Positions 27,421-34,798 of a DNA stretch of 64,000 nucleotides are shown here, in pieces. Made by a program: the position numbers and the translations under genes. Position 1 is the stretch's first letter. The number at the start of each line of letters is the position of its first letter. The notes beneath the pieces were generated by a model that saw only the letters and a program-made list of their open reading frames with translations, searched no databases and was not told the DNA's origin. The stretch is taken from the sequence record ON529857.1; one strand, given 5' to 3'.

Positions 27421-29355
27421 GTGGCCCACATCGACTTCAAGAACAACCTCTTCCTGGGGCGCGGCACCTGGGAAGAGCGCGAGATTTTCCGAGACGTCTT
27501 CGGTAAGAACTCCGGCTTCACCTGGTCTCGTGAGCTGCGCTGCTGGGTGACGGGCGACGTCAAGACCGCCCAGGCGGTCCAGGGCGTGGTGTGGACCACC
27601 CGCGCGCAGGAACACCTGGAGCGCCTGCTCGAAGTCGCGCAGATCAGCCAGGAAATGTCCTGGAAGGCGGACACCGACTATGTTCCGCCTTCCCCGCCGG
27701 GACTGACCTACCTGCCTTACCAGCGCGCCGGCATCGAATACGCCTTGATGCGTAAGGACACCCTGATCGCGGATCAGCCGGGACTGGGCAAGACGATCCA
27801 GGCGATCGGCGTCCTGAATGCGGACGAAACGATCAACAGCGCCATCTTCATCGTCCCCGCCTCGCTGAAGGTCAACTGGTATCGCGAGATCGACAAATGG
27901 ATGCTGCCCAACCTGTCGTTCGGGATCGCGGAAGCCAAACGCATCGACAAGGTCCCCGACGGGTTCACCAAGGCGTATGAATACGTCGAAGACGGCGTCT
28001 ACAAGTCAGGACAAAAAGCCGGTCAGCCCAAGTTCAAGAAGGTCGAGGTCCAGGGCAAGCCCAAGTTCCGCAATGTCGAAACTCCGGACTATTGGCCGAA
28101 CACGGATGTCGTCATCATCAACTACGACATCCTGGATCGCTTCACGCACCTGATCAAGGAGCGGTCCTGGGACCTGGTGGTCTGCGACGAGTGCCACGCG
28201 CTGAAGACGCCGGATAGCGGCCGCACCCTGTTCATCCTCGGCGGCAAGAAGACGTTCAACCGCGAGCAGCGAGAGAAGCGCAAGGCGGCCGGCGAATCGA
28301 CGGCGCCGATCTTCTTCCGCGCGATTGAAGCCAACCGCCGCGTCTTCCTGTCGGGAACGCCGCTGATGTCGCGGCCGGTGGAACTGTGGCCGATCGCCAA
28401 GGCGTTCAATCCGTCCGGCCTGGGCCGAGACTGGGACGCCTACACCACCCGCTACTGCGACGCCCATTATACGGGCCACGGTCTGGATACGTCGGGCGCC
28501 TCCAACCTGGAAGAGCTCGGGATCAAGGCCCGCGAAGCCTTCATGGTGCGGCGCCTGAAACGTGAAGTCTTGCCCGAGCTGCCGCCGAAGCGGCGGTCGG
28601 TGGTGACGATGGACAGCCCTGAAATCCGCGAACTCGTCGCCCGTGAGGACGAACTGGCCCAGGCGCTGCGCCTCTATGAAGCGATGGCCCAGGGCAAGGC
28701 GTCGACGCTGGAGGAAGCCGCCCAGGGCGCCGCCATCGTGCAGCAGATGGCGGCCTATGGCGTCACCGATGAGCTGGACCCGGACAAACCGAACTGGCGG
28801 TCGCTCAACCTGGACTACGCCGCCTCGGTCGCCGGGCTGGAACCGCCGGCTGTCGCCATCCTGTTCGAGGAAATGGCGCGGGTGCGTCGTGAGTTGGGTC
28901 TGGCGAAACTGTCGTGCATCACGCCCTGGGTCAACGATTTCCTGATCGGCGGTGAAAAGCTGCTGCTGTTCGCCTACCACTCGGACGTGGTCAAGGCGTT
29001 GGCGGAATCTCTCGCCAAATGGGAGCCCGCCGTGATCTGGGGCGGCACGCCGATGCACCGCCGCCAGCTGGAAGTCGACCGCCTGCAAGAGGATGAGAAC
29101 TGCCGCATCTTCATCGGCAACATCGCCGCCGCCGGCGTGGGCTTCACGATGACCCGCGCCCATGACGTCGCCTTCGCCGAGGGCGACTGGGTGCCGTCTA
29201 TGATCGAACAATGTGAGGACCGCGCCTGCCGAATCGGGCAGACGGCGGAGAAGATCAACAGCTACTTCCTGGTCGCGAACGGGTCGCTGGATTCGCGAAT
29301 CGCCCAGGCGGCGCAGGTGAAGGAAGAGAATATTCAGCGCGCGCTTGGAGCGTGA
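27421..29355 (+). CDS. SNF2-family helicase
   Basis: YQRAG, ADQPGLGKTIQ, VPASLKVNW, CDECH, LSGTPL, MVRRLKREVLPELP, AGVGFTMT, QCEDRACRIGQ. Confidence 0.93.
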   Translation: MAHIDFKNNLFLGRGTWEEREIFRDVFGKNSGFTWSRELRCWVTGDVKTAQAVQGVVWTTRAQEHLERLLEVAQISQEMSWKADTDYVPPSPPGLTYLPYQRAGIEYALMRKDTLIADQPGLGKTIQAIGVLNADETINSAIFIVPASLKVNWYREIDKWMLPNLSFGIAEAKRIDKVPDGFTKAYEYVEDGVYKSGQKAGQPKFKKVEVQGKPKFRNVETPDYWPNTDVVIINYDILDRFTHLIKERSWDLVVCDECHALKTPDSGRTLFILGGKKTFNREQREKRKAAGESTAPIFFRAIEANRRVFLSGTPLMSRPVELWPIAKAFNPSGLGRDWDAYTTRYCDAHYTGHGLDTSGASNLEELGIKAREAFMVRRLKREVLPELPPKRRSVVTMDSPEIRELVAREDELAQALRLYEAMAQGKASTLEEAAQGAAIVQQMAAYGVTDELDPDKPNWRSLNLDYAASVAGLEPPAVAILFEEMARVRRELGLAKLSCITPWVNDFLIGGEKLLLFAYHSDVVKALAESLAKWEPAVIWGGTPMHRRQLEVDRLQEDENCRIFIGNIAAAGVGFTMTRAHDVAFAEGDWVPSMIEQCEDRACRIGQTAEKINSYFLVANGSLDSRIAQAAQVKEENIQRALGA

Positions 29356-29430
29356 CGAAAATTGCAACTGGGAAATGGATACTTTTTCGTGATCGACCGT
29401 TTGACCGAAAGAGCTTCGAGTTTACCCGCC

Positions 29431-29754
29431 ATGCACAATCACCGCCCTGAAGAGTTCGCCCGCGTCCTGGACGCCGCCGCCGACTACATCGCCGCCCAAC
29501 CACTTCATCCCGGCCAGACCATGCCGGGAATCTGGGAACTGGATGACGGCGACAAGGAGCCGGCCCGACTGATCGGGGTGATCGTCACCCTGGCGATCGC
29601 CCAGGTGTGCCAACATCTGGAGTGCGAGCTCCAGAGCGCCATGGAAAGCTACGCCGAAGTGGCGCGAAATGTCCGGTTGAAACCCCTGGGCGCCCCAGAC
29701 CTGATGGCGGCCCAGCACTTACGCGACGCGGCCGCCGAACTGCGCGCGAAATAG
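29431..29754 (+). CDS. hypothetical protein
   Basis: 107 aa from ATG 29431, ending at a terminator. Confidence 0.6.
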   Translation: MHNHRPEEFARVLDAAADYIAAQPLHPGQTMPGIWELDDGDKEPARLIGVIVTLAIAQVCQHLECELQSAMESYAEVARNVRLKPLGAPDLMAAQHLRDAAAELRAK

Positions 29755-29787
29755 AAAAGGCCGGCGAAGAGATTCGCCGGCCTTTCA
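29755..29787. terminator. bidirectional intrinsic terminator
   Basis: AAAAGGCCGGCGAA-GAGA-TTCGCCGGCCTTTC. Confidence 0.85.
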
Positions 29788-29790
29788 ACA

Positions 29791-29879
29791 TGGGGGTACG
29801 ACCTGGATTCGAACCAGGATGAAGGCTTTCGCCTTACGGGTTATGAGCCCGCTGCCTATTCCAACCGAGCCACCGTACC
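29791..29879 (-). tRNA. tRNA with CAT anticodon, long variable arm and C73 (Met/Ile2 identity uncertain)
   Basis: Acceptor GGTACGG/TCGTACC, anticodon arm GCGGG-CTCATAA-CCCGT, variable arm AAGGC-GAAA-GCCTT, T arm CCTGG-TTCGAAT-CCAGG, encoded CCA. Confidence 0.85.
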
Positions 29880-29890
29880 GTGAGGTGATG

Positions 29891-30004
29891 CCGGACGTGC
29901 TGCCGTTACACTAAATCGACCGATGCGCGCGCACATCGTCATGTCGACTGCGGAGTTGAACCGCTCTATCCGTTTATCCAGCGCCGCCACCAAGACAGCT
30001 CCGG
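29891..30004 (-). ncRNA. circularly permuted tRNA-like (YrlA-type) element
   Basis: Order is CCGGA, T arm GCGG-TTCAACT-CCGC, AGTCGAC, insert hairpin, GTCGATT, D arm TAGTGTAACGGCAGCAC, TCCGG. Confidence 0.65.
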
Positions 30005-30047
30005 CCGCTAAACCGAAACCTGAGGAGTTGAACCCCTGCACTGAAGT

Positions 30048-30124
30048 TGGGAGCGGGGGAAGGATTCGCACCTCCGACCTTCGGATTATGAGTCCGACGC
30101 GCTACTGGACTGCGCTACCCCGCG
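30048..30124 (-). tRNA. tRNA-Met(CAT), initiator-like variant
   Basis: CGCGGGG 5' strand with a C1:U72 mismatch, CTCATAA loop, T loop TGCGAAT, encoded CCA. Confidence 0.85.
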
Positions 30125-30129
30125 TTAAA

Positions 30130-30495
30130 CGTGAAACCCACACCCTGGTCGCCGGCGAGTGCTAATCGCCACGATGGTCCAGAATGACGGGGCCAGGCTC
30201 CACAGGCATACCCCGCATTTCCGAACGGCTTCCGGGGTAGCAACCCTTCCACCGCCCAGCTGATCTTCGACCGGAGGGAGTGGGACAAGTTATCCCGTCT
30301 CCGGCCCGGTGAACTACTCAGCCTGCCCTTGACCTGGGCTTCCCCAGACCGCCGGCACGACCTTTCGCCAACCAATCTCTGTTCACGAAGGCGGACGAAG
30401 CACCCGGCGTGGATCGGAGCTGGTAGGCCCCTTTCCTGGACGGGCCGCCGTGCTCAGGTCGGTTTGCCGTCGTCATCGCCGCCGGCGTCCGCCTG
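30130..30495 (-). ncRNA. putative structured ncRNA between the tmRNA and tRNA-Met
   Basis: No credible ORF; stems GGCGGACG/CGTCCGCC, CTGGG-GAAG-CCCAG, GCCGGAG/CTCCGGT, GGCGA..TCGCC. Confidence 0.45.
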
Positions 30496-30722
30496 CGTGA
30501 AGAGAGTGGGGAACTTTCTGTTCCAAGGCCCGGCAAGCCGGGGTTCCCCATACCCGTGGTCGCCCTTAGGCGGCCAGGAGGACTCGTTCGCCAGCGGCGA
30601 AGTTGTCGTTGGAAGCTTCGACAGTTGTCAAAGTTGGATCGTGAGCAGCCGTAACCGCCATGCAGACCCTAGCACCCGTCATTCAATCCCGTCACCAACG
30701 TCAATCGATACTATTCGGCCCC
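30496..30722 (-). ncRNA. ssrA: two-piece tmRNA, coding piece; tag (A)SNDNFAAGERVLLAA*
   Basis: 5' GGGGCCG pairs with CGGCTCC of the acceptor piece with a G3:U70 pair; tag frame at 30613-30566; 3' end approximate. Confidence 0.85.
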
Positions 30723-30848
30723 CTAACAGGATGTCCACCCTAGCTTTCGGCGCACACAGGAAACCTGCATGCTTCGCCGGGAACTAGCCTCATTCCCTGA
30801 CGCCGGCATGGGGTAGGCCATGTCTGACGCGCCGGATGGGCACCCTGT

Positions 30849-30930
30849 TGGTGGAGCCGACGGGATTCGCACCCGTGTCTTGTCCGTCTGTTTCGTTCTC
30901 TCTGCTTTGGACCGGAGTCCGCTGCGCGAC
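30849..30930 (-). ncRNA. ssrA: two-piece tmRNA, acceptor piece
   Basis: ACGGG-TGCGAAT-CCCGT-CGGCTCC-A-CCA lies upstream of the coding piece (permuted order); 5' end approximate. Confidence 0.85.
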
Positions 30931-30938
30931 GAAATGCC

Positions 30939-30967
30939 TGTATAGCGAGGCCGTTCGGACGAGTCAA
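30939..30967 (-). promoter_or_regulatory. promoter of the tmRNA/tRNA operon
   Basis: TTGACT-17-TATACA. Confidence 0.75.
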
Positions 30968-31022
30968 GGATTACGTCAAATATTTTTCGGAAGAGCCAGG
31001 ATTTTCTACGACGAAGTGTAGA

Positions 31023-31109
31023 TGGAGGGGACAGTCGGGATCGAACCGACGATACGCTTTCGCGAGCCGGGGTTGCAATCCGGCGCCTTACCACTCGGTC
31101 CATGTCCCC
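31023..31109 (-). tRNA. tRNA-Cys(GCA) with a long variable arm
   Basis: Acceptor GGGGACA/TGTCCCC, U73 and CCA, loop TTGCAAC, variable region CTCGCGAAAGCGTATC, T arm GTCGG-TTCGATC-CCGAC. Confidence 0.85.
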
Positions 31110-31267
31110 CGAGCGCGACGCTCGTCCTTGCTCCTGACGGTCCCGTGGGTCGGTCCCAACAGCAGCAGGGTTGCACGGCCCCATGCCGCTCCGCTCCCGT
31201 GCTAGAGGCGCGATACGATGAGGACGAGACGTCGCCAGTCGGGGTCTTGAGTCCCAACCGAACCGAT

Positions 31268-31296
31268 ATTCTGCCCAATGACGGCCTTCCTGTCAA
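31268..31296 (-). promoter_or_regulatory. promoter upstream of the tRNA-Cys leader
   Basis: TTGACA-17-CAGAAT. Confidence 0.55.
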
Positions 31297-31350
31297 CGAT
31301 TGTCGAGGGGCGCAAGTTTAACGGGCCTCAAACCCTGTCAGAATAAGGGT

Positions 31351-31379
31351 TTGACAGGCTTGTTAAGGGTTGCTATACG
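31351..31379 (+). promoter_or_regulatory. sigma70-type promoter
   Basis: TTGACA-17-TATACG; the -35 lies inside the inverted repeat CCTGTCA-N11-TGACAGG. Confidence 0.75.
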
Positions 31380-31407
31380 TAGGTCGTTGAAACGGAGACA
31401 CCTGAAA

Positions 31408-32112
31408 ATGCTGCAACCTGTGCACGGCTACATCCCCGATCGCACCCGATGGTGTGGACCCACCGCCCTGGCGGCGATCACCGGCCTGCCCTACGCCGAT
31501 TGCCTGGAACGGTTTCGTCAGCTCCGGAGAAACCGTGGGCGCCGGGCGGTCGTCAAGGGGGTTGCGCAAAAGGACATGCGCGCCGTTTTGATCGATCTGG
31601 GGTTCCGAATCCAGGACGTCACGCCTGCGGCGGGTCCCACCCTGGCGCGGTGGCTGGACAACCGCTCAGGCGCCGACGCCTTGTCGACCTTCCTGATCGT
31701 CGCCGGAAACCACTATATCACGGTGCGCGGCGATGAAGGTCTCTGCTCCTTGACCCACGGAAATCCCGTCCCCCTGGCGCAGCTGAAGAAGCGCCGCGCC
31801 GCCGTGACCGACGCCTGGCGGATCATGAAGCCGGCCCAGCTGACCCTCACGCCCCTGCCTAAGCCCAAGCCCTGCCCGATCAAGCGGATGGACCAGCAGC
31901 ACTATCAGGCGTTTCGCGCTTTCGCCCGCGCCCAGGGGTTCACCTACCGACGCTACGATGAAGCCGGCCTACCCTATATCCAAACCTCGCCCTTCGGCCC
32001 GTTCCCGAAAGGGATCGACACCATGCACCACGGCTGGGACGAGACCCTGGAGCGGCTTCGCACCTGTGTCGCCCATCCGGACGAAGTTCACAACGGCTAC
32101 TATTCCGAATGA
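31408..32112 (+). CDS. papain-like (C39-like) cysteine protease/hydrolase domain protein
   Basis: WCGPTALAAITG (Cys) and AGNHYITVRGD (His...Asp); GGAG RBS. Confidence 0.7.
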   Translation: MLQPVHGYIPDRTRWCGPTALAAITGLPYADCLERFRQLRRNRGRRAVVKGVAQKDMRAVLIDLGFRIQDVTPAAGPTLARWLDNRSGADALSTFLIVAGNHYITVRGDEGLCSLTHGNPVPLAQLKKRRAAVTDAWRIMKPAQLTLTPLPKPKPCPIKRMDQQHYQAFRAFARAQGFTYRRYDEAGLPYIQTSPFGPFPKGIDTMHHGWDETLERLRTCVAHPDEVHNGYYSE

Positions 32113-32113
32113 C

Positions 32114-32147
32114 AAAACCCCCGGCGGATCAACCGCCGGGGGTTTTT
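32114..32147. terminator. bidirectional intrinsic terminator
   Basis: AAAACCCCCGGCGG-ATCAA-CCGCCGGGGGTTTTT. Confidence 0.9.
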
Positions 32148-32369
32148 ACGTCGAATTCCGTCTTGGCCGACGTCGCCTCAAGCGCTCCCTTCTGGGGACC
32201 CGCGCCATGGTTTGTCCGAGGGGCTAGGTGCTCGATCCTCCCCGGCTCACGATCGTTAACCCCGGCAGAACAGGGTAGACAAGCACGAACGCGATGAAAT
32301 CGCCCCGATCCGCAAGAGACTTGCTGACCAGATCGGGATCATATTGACGGGATTCGTGTCGGTGTCAAG

Positions 32370-32840
32370 TGGGACCTCTGGTCCCCGTCACGCCTGGAGC
32401 TGATTTCTCGGCCGGCGTTCGCCTCAGATGAATCGGCCTTTCACTTCACCGCGAAGTTCCGTGTCATCATCACGGTGCTCAGCCGACCTGCCCCATGTGT
32501 GAGGCCGAGCATTTTCCAGACAGGACCCTTTCCGGGCCACGGGGGCAGTGAAACCAAAATCCGCGCCGCCTCTGGCGACCGTCAAGCCTGCTTTGCGATC
32601 TCGGGGGGCTTTCCCCTCACCATCCGACCAGCCGAGCGGATGTGCCCGTCAGTCTTGGAGTGGGAAGTCCCCAAGGCTGAAATGCGTTGCCGGCGCTTGT
32701 CGCACTCCGACCTTCCAGACGCTCACCGACCCGACTTCGTCGCCTCGAAGCTGAGGGGCCGTACTTACTCCCGACGACCTGCTTCAACGGCGCGACACGC
32801 ATCCCGCAGGTTTCGACGATCTTCGCCGTTCTGTAAGTCG
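32370..32840 (-). ncRNA. putative large structured ncRNA (about 470 nt)
   Basis: Own promoter TTGACA-17-GTAAAT just after the Ro60 terminator; no credible ORF; many GNRA/UUCG-capped hairpins. Confidence 0.55.
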
Positions 32841-32873
32841 CCATTTACGTCGGTATTCGACAGGCTGTCAAAC

Positions 32874-32907
32874 AAAAAGCCCCACGTCCTGCGACGCGGG
32901 GCTCTTT
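32874..32907 (-). terminator. terminator after the Ro60 gene
   Basis: AGCCCCGCGTC-GCAG-GACGTGGGGCT-TTTTG on the minus strand. Confidence 0.8.
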
Positions 32908-32925
32908 CGCTCGGGGAAACGTCCG

Positions 32926-34296
32926 TCAGTCGGCGGTGACGCCGTCCAGCTGGATCGCCTCGCTCTCGGCGATGTAGCGCAGCACGTTCTCGGAGAACCC
33001 GTCGATGTGGGTCCAGCCGTTGCCGTAGCCGACGCCGTTCTTGGCCGAGGCGACGTTGATCATGTAGGCGCGCGACGCCTTGGGCGCCGGCATGCCGCGA
33101 TTTTCAGCCTGCGCCTGTTCGTCGGTGATGACGATCAGGCGATCCGCCTGGACGTTCTCGTTGATCGCCCGGATCGCCGAAGCCAGGGCCGTGCCATGCC
33201 ACGGCTGCGACTTGCGGATCGCATCCACTCCCGCCATGCCCTTGCGGGCCGGCGTTTCGACCAGGGCGTTGGAGAAGGTGAAGACGCGCACGTCATCACC
33301 CGGTACGATCGACGCCAGGGTGGCGCCGGCGTCCATCCGGGTCAGATCGGATTTGGCGGACAGACGGGCGTTCATCGAACCCGAGACGTCCACCAGCACC
33401 ACGGTCGACCCCTTCAGCGGCTGCGCCGCCTTGATCGATTCCACCAGGGCCTGGTCCAGAGCCGGCTCGAAGGACGGCGCATAGCGAGCCGCCGCCGTGT
33501 AGCGGAACGGCAGCACACGGTCGGCGCCCTTGCGCGCCCGGATCGCGGCGTTGACCAAGGTGCGGTCGACGCCCGCCTGCTCCATGTTACGCAGGTTGCG
33601 CAGCAGGGCCAGGTAGCCGAGCTTATTCTCGCGCAGGAGCCGCTCGAAGGTTTCCTTCTTGTCGGCGCCGCCCGACAGGGCGACCTCCCAGGTGTCCGGC
33701 GCTTCCAGAGCGTTCTCGACCAGGCGGCCGAGCAGCTCGCCCTGTTCTGCCGACTTCGGCTTGACGTGCGCCAGGAAGAGCACGTCGCGCAGTCGCACAT
33801 CCTTGGCGCGGTCGTATTTGGCGATCTGATAGGGGTCGAACTTCACGAAGGCAGCGGCCAGGCCCTTCTTGACCTGCGCCGACAGGGGCGCCTTGCGACG
33901 CGCATCGCGCGGCGGATTCATCGCCCAGTAGAGCGCCAGGAACTCCGACAGTTCATCCGCACGCTGGATGACGCGCTCGATGGTGCTCGACACCAGGGCC
34001 GAACCCGAGCCGCGCTTCGCCAGCACGACCAGAAGCAGCAGCGGCGCATGGCGCAGCTTGGCGACTTCACGCGCTTCGATCGCCAGGGCCGCCAGCGAAT
34101 CCACCGGCACTTCCTGGGCCAGGGCCTGAATGCGGTCGGCGATGGTGACGCCGTCTTCGTAGAATTCGCCCTCCCAGAGCATGCAGGAAAGCACCGACCG
34201 GCGCAGCGCCTGGATCGGCGTCATGCGCGCCGCGACGGCGCCCTCATGGGTGCGTTCGTTGAACGTCTTGCGGGTATTGGCGTTGATCGCGCCCAT
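32926..34296 (-). CDS. rsr: Ro60/Rsr TROVE-domain RNA-binding protein with a C-terminal vWA domain
   Basis: THEGA, EAREVAKLRHAPL, KYDR...LRDVLFLAHVKP, PDTWEVALS, LGYLALLRNLRNM, RVLPFRY, vWA LVDVSGSM and IVITDEQ. Confidence 0.93.
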   Translation of the reverse strand: MGAINANTRKTFNERTHEGAVAARMTPIQALRRSVLSCMLWEGEFYEDGVTIADRIQALAQEVPVDSLAALAIEAREVAKLRHAPLLLLVVLAKRGSGSALVSSTIERVIQRADELSEFLALYWAMNPPRDARRKAPLSAQVKKGLAAAFVKFDPYQIAKYDRAKDVRLRDVLFLAHVKPKSAEQGELLGRLVENALEAPDTWEVALSGGADKKETFERLLRENKLGYLALLRNLRNMEQAGVDRTLVNAAIRARKGADRVLPFRYTAAARYAPSFEPALDQALVESIKAAQPLKGSTVVLVDVSGSMNARLSAKSDLTRMDAGATLASIVPGDDVRVFTFSNALVETPARKGMAGVDAIRKSQPWHGTALASAIRAINENVQADRLIVITDEQAQAENRGMPAPKASRAYMINVASAKNGVGYGNGWTHIDGFSENVLRYIAESEAIQLDGVTAD

Positions 34297-34341
34297 GGGT
34301 GCCTCCTTCAGGACTGGTCAAATAGGGCGCGCCGGACCAGT

Positions 34342-34493
34342 CGAGGCGGGGTTGGGGAGGATCAATCGGCGACGCCTCATGGCGCTCTATCCAACTGAGC
34401 TACCGCCGGAAAACCGGCGAGCGGAACTCGAATCCGCGACCTCCCGATTAGCAGTCGAAGAATGCGTCTCCTGCGCCATCCCCAACCCCCTCG
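34342..34493 (-). ncRNA. Y-RNA-like unit with a YrlA-type tRNA-like domain (closest to Ro60)
   Basis: Closing stem GGGGTTGGGGA/TCCCCAACCCC; TGGCGCAG motif; T arm GCGGA-TTCGAGT-TCCGC; TCGCCGG-TTTT-CCGGCGG; D arm TAGCTCAGTTGGATAGAGC. Confidence 0.8.
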
Positions 34494-34500
34494 GTCTGAT

Positions 34501-34634
34501 CCGGCGCGCTGGTAGGCAGGCGGGGGATTAAGCGAAGACGGGCGGGTTCGAACCGCAGGACCGGCACCAAGAGCCGGGCTTCAACCAAGAAGTATCCGTC
34601 GTCTACGCCACCCGCCCGCCAACCAGCGCGCCGG
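34501..34634 (-). ncRNA. Y-RNA-like unit with a T-arm-like hairpin only
   Basis: Closing stem CCGGCGCGCTGGT/ACCAGCGCGCCGG; GTGGCGTAG-ACGACGG-ATACTTC motif; CCGTC partner; 3' TTAATCCCC. Confidence 0.7.
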
Positions 34635-34638
34635 AGAC

Positions 34639-34790
34639 CAACAGGGCGACGGGGGATCAATCGACCCCACCGACGTTTGACCGTGCTACCCCTACACTAA
34701 AAGCGCGCAGTGCGCTTCCCAGGAGTTGAACCTGGCCTTGCCGCTCCCATAGCGATGAAAGTGACGTCTACGCCACCCGTCGCCCTGTTG
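34639..34790 (-). ncRNA. Y-RNA-like unit with a YrlA-type tRNA-like domain
   Basis: Closing stem CAACAGGGCGACGGG/CCCGTCGCCCTGTTG; GTGGCGTAG; CCAGG-TTCAACT-CCTGG; GAAGCGC-ACTGC-GCGCTTT; D arm TAGTGTAGGGGTAGCAC; 3' TTGATCCCC. Confidence 0.8.
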
Positions 34791-34798
34791 TTCAACCG

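Noticed and set aside
27421-29355. SNF2 helicase as part of a DISARM/BREX-like defence system
   Set aside because: No partner genes are adjacent; stand-alone SNF2 helicases are common in large phages
29790-31330. Short ORFs listed across the tRNA/tmRNA island
   Set aside because: They overlap clear RNA genes and lack an RBS or protein-like composition
32420-32680. RNase P RNA suggested by AGATGAAT, TGAAAC and GGGAAGTCC on the plus strand
   Set aside because: The motifs are in the wrong order, the CR-V element was not found, and the promoter evidence favours the minus strand
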